A stretch of DNA of 38,776 nt. Source: an uncultured Candidatus Saccharibacteria bacterium. Lineage in GTDB: Bacteria; Patescibacteriota; Minisyncoccia; Phycocordibacterales; Zambryskibacteraceae. The stretch covers positions 1 to 38,776 of the forward strand of contig CAZYLR010000002.1 in NCBI GenBank assembly GCA_964648835.1. Direction: 5' to 3'. Made by a program: the position numbers and the translations under genes. The notes beneath the pieces were generated by a model. The model saw only the letters and a program-made list of their open reading frames with translations, had not been told where the DNA came from and made no database searches. Every line of letters starts with the position of its first letter. Position 1 is the first letter of the stretch. Positions 8,619 to 15,197 of the stretch are shown one piece after another.

Positions 8619-11216
8619 ATGGATAAAAAAGATTCAAAGGAGGATTTAATTATCGTCAAAGGTGCGCGGACGCATAATCTTAAAAATATTACGGTTGAGA
8701 TGCCGCGTAATAAAATGATTGTTTTTACTGGTCTTTCCGGTTCCGGCAAGTCGTCACTTGCTTTCGACACTATCTTCGCCGAGGGACAAAGGCGCTACGT
8801 AGAGTCACTTTCCTCCTATGCTAGGCAGTTCTTACGCCAGATGCAGAAGCCTGATGTAGATGAGATTATCGGTCTCTCACCAGCTATTTCCATAGATCAG
8901 AAGTCCCGTTCGAACAACCCTCGTTCGACGGTGGCGACCATCACCGAAATTTACGACTATCTCCGTATTCTCTACGCGCGTATTGGTCGACCGCATTGTT
9001 TGGTTTGCGGTAATGAAATAAAGAAGCTCTCAAACGAAGAAATTAAGAATTTCGTATTGGAAAAAATTGCCGAAAAGAGAGAATTATTTCCGAAAAGTCA
9101 GATTGAAATTTTCTCTCCCATTGTTCGAGGTAGGAAAGGTGAATATTACCAGCTTCTCTATGACCTGTTAGGCAGGGGTTACAGCTATGTGCTGGTGGAC
9201 GGAGTACGGAAGTCACTTCGGGAGAGAATTATTTTGACCAAGACCAAGAAACATGAAATCTCGGTACTGGTGGATTCCTTGAGTCTTGCTGAATTCAAAA
9301 CGGATGAAAAAAATGCCAATGAGCGTCTGGCGGAGGCGATAGAAAAGGCCATTGGTGAATCGGAGGGGCTTTTGGTGGTTAGATTTAAAGATATGTCTCC
9401 CGCTTCGCATAAAGCTACGCAGGATGCTGAAAGCAAGAATGAGTTTTTGCTATCAGCAAAATGGGCATGTCCTAAAGACGGTTTCTCTTTCCCAGAGATA
9501 GAACCGCGCCTTTTTTCTTTCAATTCTCCCTATGGCGCTTGCCCTGATTGTAATGGTCTCGGTACCAAGTATTTTTTCGGTACTGAACCGTGTGAACGCT
9601 GTAAGGGCAATCGTCTCCGACAAGAGGCTTTGAGTGTGTTAATCGGAGGTAATAATATTGTTGAACTGACGTCGCTTTCTATCAAAGATTGCGATGAATT
9701 TTTTAAAAAGCTTAAATTAACTATCCGTGAGAAAAATATTTCTAAAGTAGTGACAAAGGAAATAGAAGCGCGGCTCTCTTTCATGAATGACGTCGGTATC
9801 GAATATCTCTCGCTTGATCGCAGGGCCCACACACTCTCTGGCGGGGAAGCTCAGCGTATTCGCCTGGCTAGTCAACTCGGCTCCGGTCTAGTTGGCGCGC
9901 TCTATGTACTCGACGAGCCGACCATTGGTCTCCATGCTCGGGACAATGCTCGTCTCATCAAGACACTTCTTAATCTACGCGACCTGGGTAACACTATTAT
10001 CGTGGTCGAACATGATGAAGAGACCATTTATTCTTCCGATTTTCTGGTCGATATCGGTCCGGGAGCAGGTATTCATGGCGGGAAAGTGGTTGTGACTGGA
10101 GATCTCAGCGAACTTTTGCTTAAAAAAGCGAATGAAAGCAAATCTCTGACTCTTGCTTATCTGCGCGGTGAGAAAAATATCGAGACACCAAAGAAGCGCA
10201 GAAGCGGAGAGAAAGGCAAAATTGCTATCCGGGCAGGTAAAATTTTCAATATTAAGCATCTCAATGTTGACATTCCGCTTGGCCGATTGGTGGCGGTTAC
10301 CGGTGTCTCCGGTTCTGGCAAGTCCTCTTTTATCTATGAAATTCTTCACAAGAATCTCCAAGCTCGACTTGACCGACGTTACCGGAGCGCCGAGACTCAT
10401 AACTGCCAATCTTTTACTGGTTCGGAATATCTAGGTCGCTCAATCTTGATAGACCAATCACCAATCGGCCGGACTCCGCGTTCCAATCCCGCTACTTACA
10501 CTGGGGCTTTTACCTTCATCCGTGAACTTTTCGCCGAAACATCAGAGGCCCGGGCGCGCGGTTGGAGAGCGAATAGATTTTCTTTCAATGTTAAGGGTGG
10601 TCGATGCGAAACTTGTCAGGGTAATGGCATGATTGAAGTAGAAATGCACTTTTTGCCAACGGTTTACGTCCCGTGCGATGTCTGTAACGGCAAGCGCTTT
10701 ATGAAGGAAACTTTCGAGATAAAATATAACAAAAAGAATATCTACGACATTCTCGAGATGACTGTTGAAGAAGCACTTACGTTTTTTGAAGACATTCCGG
10801 CCATTTTTGATAGATTGAAAAGTTTAAACGACGTCGGTCTTGGCTATCTTTGCCTTGGCCAGTCCGCCACCACACTCTCCGGTGGGGAAGCGCAGAGAGT
10901 CAAAATTGCTTCCGAACTCTACCGCCCACACTTACAGAAGACTATCTATCTCCTCGACGAGCCGACTATTGGTCTCCACTACGAAGATGTAAAAAAGTTG
11001 ATTGAAATTCTACAGAAGCTGGTGGACAAGGGCAACACCGTGGTGGTCATCGAGCACAACCTCGATTTTATAAAAAGTGCTGACCATGTGCTCGACATCG
11101 GCCCAGAGGCCTGTGATGATGGAGGTAAACTGGTGGCTCAAGGTACTCCAGAAGAAGTGGCAAATACTGACACGCATACTGGCAGATACTTAAAGAAAAC
11201 TTTGCGTAAGAAGTGA
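8619..11216 (+). CDS. uvrA: excinuclease ABC subunit A
   Basis: Two ABC ATPase modules: [10 protein letters not shown] and GVSGSGKSS Walker A motifs, and LSGGEAQR signatures twice. Zn modules CxxC...CxxC are present. Length is 865 aa. Confidence 0.95.
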   Translation: MDKKDSKEDLIIVKGARTHNLKNITVEMPRNKMIVFTGLSGSGKSSLAFDTIFAEGQRRYVESLSSYARQFLRQMQKPDVDEIIGLSPAISIDQKSRSNNPRSTVATITEIYDYLRILYARIGRPHCLVCGNEIKKLSNEEIKNFVLEKIAEKRELFPKSQIEIFSPIVRGRKGEYYQLLYDLLGRGYSYVLVDGVRKSLRERIILTKTKKHEISVLVDSLSLAEFKTDEKNANERLAEAIEKAIGESEGLLVVRFKDMSPASHKATQDAESKNEFLLSAKWACPKDGFSFPEIEPRLFSFNSPYGACPDCNGLGTKYFFGTEPCERCKGNRLRQEALSVLIGGNNIVELTSLSIKDCDEFFKKLKLTIREKNISKVVTKEIEARLSFMNDVGIEYLSLDRRAHTLSGGEAQRIRLASQLGSGLVGALYVLDEPTIGLHARDNARLIKTLLNLRDLGNTIIVVEHDEETIYSSDFLVDIGPGAGIHGGKVVVTGDLSELLLKKANESKSLTLAYLRGEKNIETPKKRRSGEKGKIAIRAGKIFNIKHLNVDIPLGRLVAVTGVSGSGKSSFIYEILHKNLQARLDRRYRSAETHNCQSFTGSEYLGRSILIDQSPIGRTPRSNPATYTGAFTFIRELFAETSEARARGWRANRFSFNVKGGRCETCQGNGMIEVEMHFLPTVYVPCDVCNGKRFMKETFEIKYNKKNIYDILEMTVEEALTFFEDIPAIFDRLKSLNDVGLGYLCLGQSATTLSGGEAQRVKIASELYRPHLQKTIYLLDEPTIGLHYEDVKKLIEILQKLVDKGNTVVVIEHNLDFIKSADHVLDIGPEACDDGGKLVAQGTPEEVANTDTHTGRYLKKTLRKK

Positions 11217-11225
11217 GAATCAAAA

Positions 11226-11255
11226 TGGCGCCGCGGGACAAGCCCCGCGGCGCCA
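11226..11255. terminator. GC hairpin between convergent uvrA and a small GC-rich ORF
   Basis: tggcgccgcggg-acaagc-cccgcggcgcca, a 12-bp stem. The flanking U-tracts are weak. Confidence 0.55.
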
Positions 11256-11268
11256 CAGTCTCGTCACC

Positions 11269-11532
11269 TCATGTGCTGAAGATCTCGTCCACTCGCGACT
11301 TGGTCATGGATGGTTGTTGACAGATGGAGCACGTCCCGACCTGATATCCGCGGTACTCCTCCCGTCCTTTATGCTTGCACTGATCCTGTACTGCGTCGAG
11401 TGCAATCTTGAGGCTGGATATTTCTGCTTCGTGTCCCCTGATCTGTATTGTCAGTAGCACAGCCAGATCTCGGGTCTCTTCGGTCGTCCACCGTGTCGAC
11501 CAAAGCCTTTCTTGGGTCGTGACCCGCTTCAT
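11269..11532 (-). CDS. hypothetical small protein (87 aa), GC-rich cassette inserted between uvrA and uvrC
   Basis: ATG preceded by the canonical SD AAGGAGGA (11539-11546). Composition is visibly GC-rich relative to the neighbours. Contains CKH...CSIC. No family recognised. Confidence 0.55.
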   Translation of the reverse strand: MKRVTTQERLWSTRWTTEETRDLAVLLTIQIRGHEAEISSLKIALDAVQDQCKHKGREEYRGYQVGTCSICQQPSMTKSRVDEIFST

Positions 11533-11600
11533 TTGGGATCCTCCTTGTCTCGTTGTTTTGCATTGTACAACCTGTCTGACTCGAATACTATACTCACTAT

Positions 11601-12794
11601 ATGGATAGTCAAGATCTAAAAAGATTTACCTTGCCCGATGCGCCAGGGATCTATTTCTTCAAAAATGGTCCTAAGATTCTCTACATCGGCAAGGCGACGA
11701 GTCTCAAAGATAGGGTTAAGAGTTACTTCGCCCGTGATATTCTCATGACGAGAAGTCCCTTGATAGTCAAGATGCTTGCAGAAGCAAAAAAGATTGAGTT
11801 CATAGAAACAGATTCAGTACTTGAAGCATTGATTCTCGAAGCCAATGAGATTAAAAAACATCAACCATTCTATAATTCTAGAGAGAAGGATGATAAAAGT
11901 TATAATTATGTCACAATAACGCGAGAAGATTTCCCGAAGGTAATAGTCACGCGCGGTTATGGAACGTATGGCCCGTTTCCTTACGGAGGAGGGTTGAAGG
12001 AGGCGCTCAAAATTATCCGGAAAATTTTCCCATTCAGAGATAAATGTCTATTAGGAAAAGGCCGCCCGTGTTTCAATGCGCAGCTTGGTCTATGCCCCGG
12101 ACCATGCGCTGGATGGATATCGAAAAAGAATTATAGAAAAATTATCTACCATCTCAGACTTTTCTTTGAAGCTAAGAAACCTCAACTTATAAAATCTCTT
12201 GAGAAAGAGATGAAATTATTTGCCAGAGAACAAAAATTTGAAGATGCCGAAAAGGTCAAAAGACAAATCTTTTCTCTGAAACATATCCAAGACATTGCGC
12301 TTATCAAAGAACAATATCAGAGCCCCTCGACTACGCTCGGGGCGATTCGCTCAACGCGAATCGAGGCATATGATATTGCTCACATGTCTGGCACGAATGT
12401 GGTTGCTGTGATGACGGTAGTTTTAGACGGAGAATTGGCAAAGAGTCAGTATAGAAAGTTTAAAATTCGGCTTGATAGCAATGACGATATTCTCAGCTTG
12501 AAAGAAGTGCTTACAAGAAGGCTTGCTCATCCGGAGTGGAGATTTCCCAATCTCATTGTGGTGGATGGCGGCAGGGGGCAGTTGAATGCCGCCAGAGAAG
12601 TTCTTAAAAAAGTTGGTTTGGATATCGCTGTGGCATCTGTAGTCAAAGATGAGAAACACAAAGCCCGAGAGATTCTAGGTAAAAATGTGCAAAATTCGCT
12701 TTTGCACAAAGCAATATTTTTGGCAAATGCTGAGGCTCATCGTTTCGCAATCGGTTTCCACCGCAGGCTTCGTGGCAAAGAATTTCGTATCTAG
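11601..12794 (+). CDS. uvrC: excinuclease ABC subunit C, short form lacking the C-terminal (HhH)2 domain
   Basis: - GIY-YIG domain: GIYFFKNGPKILYIGKATSLKDRVKSYF.
- UVR motif: EKEMKLFAREQKFEDAEKVKRQI.
- RNase H-like endonuclease domain: RIEAYDIAHMSGTNVVAVMTV.
- It ends after 397 aa, whereas typical UvrC is about 600 aa. Confidence 0.85.
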   Translation: MDSQDLKRFTLPDAPGIYFFKNGPKILYIGKATSLKDRVKSYFARDILMTRSPLIVKMLAEAKKIEFIETDSVLEALILEANEIKKHQPFYNSREKDDKSYNYVTITREDFPKVIVTRGYGTYGPFPYGGGLKEALKIIRKIFPFRDKCLLGKGRPCFNAQLGLCPGPCAGWISKKNYRKIIYHLRLFFEAKKPQLIKSLEKEMKLFAREQKFEDAEKVKRQIFSLKHIQDIALIKEQYQSPSTTLGAIRSTRIEAYDIAHMSGTNVVAVMTVVLDGELAKSQYRKFKIRLDSNDDILSLKEVLTRRLAHPEWRFPNLIVVDGGRGQLNAAREVLKKVGLDIAVASVVKDEKHKAREILGKNVQNSLLHKAIFLANAEAHRFAIGFHRRLRGKEFRI

Positions 12795-12809
12795 TGCTAT
12801 AATTTTGTT

Positions 12810-13715
12810 ATGGCAATTTTTTCTCCACATACTCGGGTGGCAGTAATCCGGGGAGGGCAGTCTAGCGGCTATGATGATTCCCTTAAGACGGGCGAACACA
12901 TCCTTTCAGCCTTGCGGGATATGTCGGAGACCTACGAACCATTAGATATTTTTATCTCCAAAGATGGCGAATGGCACCGCGGAGGGTTGGTACATGAGCC
13001 ACATCGCGCTCTAGAGTATGTGGATATAGTTTGGAATGCGCTTCATGGCTTGTACGGAGAAGATGGCCAAGTACAGAGGATTCTTGAGAGTTTGCAAATT
13101 CCTTTCACCGGCTCGAGCGCCGTAGCCTCGGCACTTGCCATGAACAAAGATATGGCCAAACGTCTATACCAAGAGCATTCTCTCTTAACTCCCGCGCACG
13201 AACTTATTACCGAAGATAACTTGAACGAAGATCGACTGATTGACATTTTCAGAAGCTATCTTCCTCCGATGGTAGTCAAGCCTACCCGTCGATCTGGTAT
13301 GTCTCTAGTACATACCTTCGATGAGCTCAAACAATCAATCAAGGAAGCTTTCTCTCACTCGCCACGAGTGTTAGTTGAGGAGTTTATCAAAGGTGACGAG
13401 ATATCTTGTACTGTGATTGAGGGCGCTAAGGGGGAAAAATTTTACGCTCTTCTGCCATCGAGCAAATTTGAATTGAAATTAGCAGTAGAAGAAAATAAGC
13501 AGATAGAAAGGATGGCGAGGCAGGCACATGAAGTGCTTGGACTCTCCCACTACTCCAGTTCTAACTTCATCATTACGCCTCGAAAGAAGATTTATATATT
13601 GAAAACTAACTCATTGCCGGCGCTTCATAAAGATTCTTTGACGCATGGCTCACTTCACGCTGATGGTTGGCATCCTCGCGACTTCGTCAGCCATGTGCTA
13701 AAGCTTGCGATATAA
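12810..13715 (+). CDS. ddl: D-alanine--D-alanine ligase
   Basis: VAVIRGGQSSGYDDSLKTG, NALHGLYGEDGQVQRILESLQIPFTGS, and an ATP-grasp core. Length is 301 aa. Confidence 0.9.
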   Translation: MAIFSPHTRVAVIRGGQSSGYDDSLKTGEHILSALRDMSETYEPLDIFISKDGEWHRGGLVHEPHRALEYVDIVWNALHGLYGEDGQVQRILESLQIPFTGSSAVASALAMNKDMAKRLYQEHSLLTPAHELITEDNLNEDRLIDIFRSYLPPMVVKPTRRSGMSLVHTFDELKQSIKEAFSHSPRVLVEEFIKGDEISCTVIEGAKGEKFYALLPSSKFELKLAVEENKQIERMARQAHEVLGLSHYSSSNFIITPRKKIYILKTNSLPALHKDSLTHGSLHADGWHPRDFVSHVLKLAI

Positions 13716-13743
13716 ATACAATCTATATGTTTGACAGAGCGCG

Positions 13744-13772
13744 TTGAATTTAGATACACTCTACAATAGAAT
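13744..13772 (+). promoter_or_regulatory. candidate sigma70-type promoter for the GC-rich island
   Basis: TTGAAT (13744-13749), a 17-nt spacer, then TAGAAT (13767-13772). The predicted transcription start is near 13779, at the beginning of the GC-rich segment. Confidence 0.4.
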
Positions 13773-13817
13773 CTCGGCGGGGGAAAACGGTGAACTCTTC
13801 GAGAGAGCGGGGGAAAA

Positions 13818-14057
13818 ATGACGGCCGTCCTGAACAGGAGCGTCGTTTCGCCAGGAGTCGTTTGCATTGCGTGTTATACCATGCTTGGGTCCGCCGAGGA
13901 GTCGGTGCGGGGTGTGCGCGACCACAAGGAGGGGCCGCTTCACCACTTCTGCGCCACACCGGCGGAGAGGCGGGTGAATTCCGCAAGAGCTTCTCGGTTT
14001 CACTTGATCTTGATGAACGGCAACGGGAACGGCGCTTCAGCGAACCCGAACCAGTAG
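13818..14057 (+). CDS. candidate small CxxC protein (79 aa) inside a GC-rich island; could instead be part of a structured RNA
   Basis: The ATG is preceded by GCGGGGG with 4-nt spacing. By hand count about 60 of 79 codons end in G/C, clearly higher than in the overlapping frames. Contains CIAC...HHFC. No family recognised. Confidence 0.4.
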   Translation: MTAVLNRSVVSPGVVCIACYTMLGSAEESVRGVRDHKEGPLHHFCATPAERRVNSARASRFHLILMNGNGNGASANPNQ

Positions 14058-14172
14058 ATGTAACACGGGCCGTAGACACTTCGACGAAGGGAGGATAGAG
14101 TAGTAAAGCGAAATGGCTCGTCGCACCCCCGCCGAGCCAGAGGCAGCTGCCCAAGTACAAGGCCGCTGTCGA

Positions 14173-14210
14173 CCCCGGGGAGGACATCCACTCCTCGGGG
14201 CTTTCTTTTT
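14173..14210 (+). terminator. intrinsic terminator closing the GC-rich island
   Basis: 10-bp stem ccccggggag / ctcctcgggg (one G:U pair) with loop gacatcca, followed by ctttcttttt. Confidence 0.75.
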
Positions 14211-14225
14211 CGGCAATTTCCTGTT

Positions 14226-14299
14226 TGGTGGACCTAGCGAGAATCGCACTCGCGACTCGTCCATGCCATGGACGCGTGTTACTACTATACCATAGGCCC
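14226..14299 (-). tRNA. atypical tRNA-Ala(GGC)-like gene with encoded CCA
   Basis: Minus strand reads GGGCCTA-TG-GTAT-AGTAGTA-ACAC-G-CGTCC-ATGGCAT-GGACG-AGTC-GCGAG-TGCGATT-CTCGC-TAGGTCC-A-CCA.
- Canonical features: G3:U70, U33, A37.
- Deviations: no GG in the D-loop, one A:C mismatch in the D-stem, a T-loop starting UGC rather than UUC, and a 4-nt variable loop. Confidence 0.6.
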
Positions 14300-14356
14300 T
14301 TTTTCCATATTTTAATTGATTTTTTGGTTTCTGTCCTCTATACTTTCGTTTTATTA

Positions 14357-14466
14357 GGCCCTTAGCTTAGTTGTCCCGATTTTTCATAACCTAAGGTTAT
14401 AGGAAAATCGAGGATCCGCGTCCACGATTCGTAACGAATCAGGACGGGAGTAGAGCGCCTCATTTG
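14357..14466 (+). pseudogene. duplicated 5' half of tRNA-Ala(UGC), from the acceptor 5' strand to anticodon position 35, with a ~77-nt twin-hairpin insertion in the D-loop
   Basis: - 14357-14367 is identical to 14762-14772 (GGCCCTTAGCT).
- 14451-14466 is identical to 14781-14796 (TAGAGCGCCTCATTTG).
- The 14374-14450 insertion folds into two hairpins, each closed by tcc/gga and capped by a taa triloop. Confidence 0.6.
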
Positions 14467-14484
14467 TTCCGATTATGATTTTAA

Positions 14485-14736
14485 ATGTTTTATACATATA
14501 TACTGCAATCAGATAATAATTCGTTTTATATCGGGAGTTGCAAAAATATTCCTAAGCGGTTGCTGTTGCATAATAAACTAAAAGTTAGATCAACAAAGCG
14601 GTATGCGCCTTGGCAACTAGTATATTTTGAAGTCTATGAAAAATTGAGCGATGCTCGACATAGAGAGAAGCAGATAAAATCATGGAAGAAGCGAGAAAAA
14701 GTTGCAAAATTGGTAAAAACATTTAAAATTGCATAA
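14485..14736 (+). CDS. small GIY-YIG nuclease family protein (COG2827/YhbQ-like, 83 aa)
   Basis: FYTYIL...SFYIGSCKNIPKRLLLHN...YAPWQLVYFEVY...ARHREKQIKSWKK carries the GIY, YIG, Arg and Glu signature positions. Confidence 0.8.
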   Translation: MFYTYILQSDNNSFYIGSCKNIPKRLLLHNKLKVRSTKRYAPWQLVYFEVYEKLSDARHREKQIKSWKKREKVAKLVKTFKIA

Positions 14737-14760
14737 TCGAGAATCCTCGAAAACAAAGGT

Positions 14761-14834
14761 GGGCCCTTAGCTCATCTGGCTAGAGCGCCTCATTTGCAAT
14801 GAGGAGGTGGCAGGTTCGAGTCCTGTAGGGTCCA
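14761..14834 (+). tRNA. tRNA-Ala (anticodon UGC)
   Basis: GGGCCCT-TA-GCTC-ATCTGGCTA-GAGC-G-CCTCA-TTTGCAA-TGAGG-AGGTG-GCAGG-TTCGAGT-CCTGT-AGGGTCC-A. G3:U70 is present. The D-loop GG and the TTCGA T-loop are canonical. Confidence 0.9.
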
Positions 14835-15197
14835 CCTTTGTTTTCGGGACAATGCTGAAAGTTCTATCTGGTGGGAAATTATGAACCTTGAACGAAACTA
14901 TTTTGAGGGAAACTGACTCGCCTCCGCTTGGTTCGACCAAGCTCACCACAAGTCTCTCCGGCGGGACGCTCAGGCGCGGCGGAAGGAATGGAATTAATTG
15001 TATCTACTTATCCATATGAATGTTTATGTATGATTATTAAACTTAGGAGACTAATCGTAAATTTTTCTAGTTAAAAACTAAGTGCAAAAATAGGCCTATA
15101 TATCGATCTATATATCTCTCAATACTCTTTACATTCTTTGCTATGGTGGTAGTTGGAAGTATGTTAAAATTATTTAGAGGACCGAACATAAAATATT

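Noticed and set aside
6605-11256. Numerous 60-150-aa antisense or out-of-frame ORFs inside uvrB and uvrA, and similarly inside tgt, leuS and the giant gene.
   Set aside because: They are fully nested in strongly supported conserved genes. They have no start context or motifs, so they are ordinary shadow ORFs.
13990-14035. TPP riboswitch-like stretch: CACTTGATCTTGATGAACGGCAACGGGAA versus the consensus ACCTGATCTGGATAATGCCAGCGTAGGGAA.
   Set aside because: The resemblance is only partial. The obligatory CUGAGA element and the GGGGUGC 5' part are absent. The stretch also lies inside a candidate ORF rather than in a 5' leader.
13773-14136. RNase P RNA or tmRNA. The GC-rich segment of ~364 nt is closed by an 11-bp terminal helix, which is the right size for either.
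   Set aside because: I found none of the universally conserved RNase P blocks on either strand (GAGGAAAGUCC, ACAGAA..CGGCUUA). There is also no tmRNA-like T-arm/ACCA 3' end and no Ala-terminated tag reading frame. In addition, one reading frame shows strong third-position G/C bias, which favours coding.
13750-14264. Several 60-145-aa ORFs in other frames of the GC-rich island, for example 13750-14187 minus and 13790-14098 plus.
   Set aside because: Their translations are Arg/Ser/Pro/Gly-rich and low in complexity. They overlap one another in many frames, as expected for GC-rich DNA. One runs through the tRNA and the terminator. Their third-position GC is lower than in the 13818-14057 frame.
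14226-14299. Reading the atypical tRNA on the plus strand as tRNA-Gly(GCC), since its anticodon arm is nearly palindromic.
   Set aside because: On the plus strand the G3:U70 pair becomes an A:C mismatch and the sequence begins with TGG instead of ending with CCA. The minus-strand cloverleaf is clearly better.
14926-14950. T-arm plus acceptor-like fragment (GCTTG-GTTCGAC-CAAGC-TCACCAC-A) downstream of tRNA-Ala, a possible extra tRNA.
   Set aside because: I could not build a matching 5' acceptor strand; the best candidate, GTGGGAA, gives two mismatches. I also could not build a D arm or an anticodon arm. At most it is a 3' tRNA relic consistent with the rearranged locus.
14960-14990. SRP-RNA-like GGAAGGAA motif in GGCGCGGCGGAAGGAATGG.
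   Set aside because: The flanking bases cannot form the conserved domain IV helix, and the AGCA / GGAA-tetraloop context is absent.
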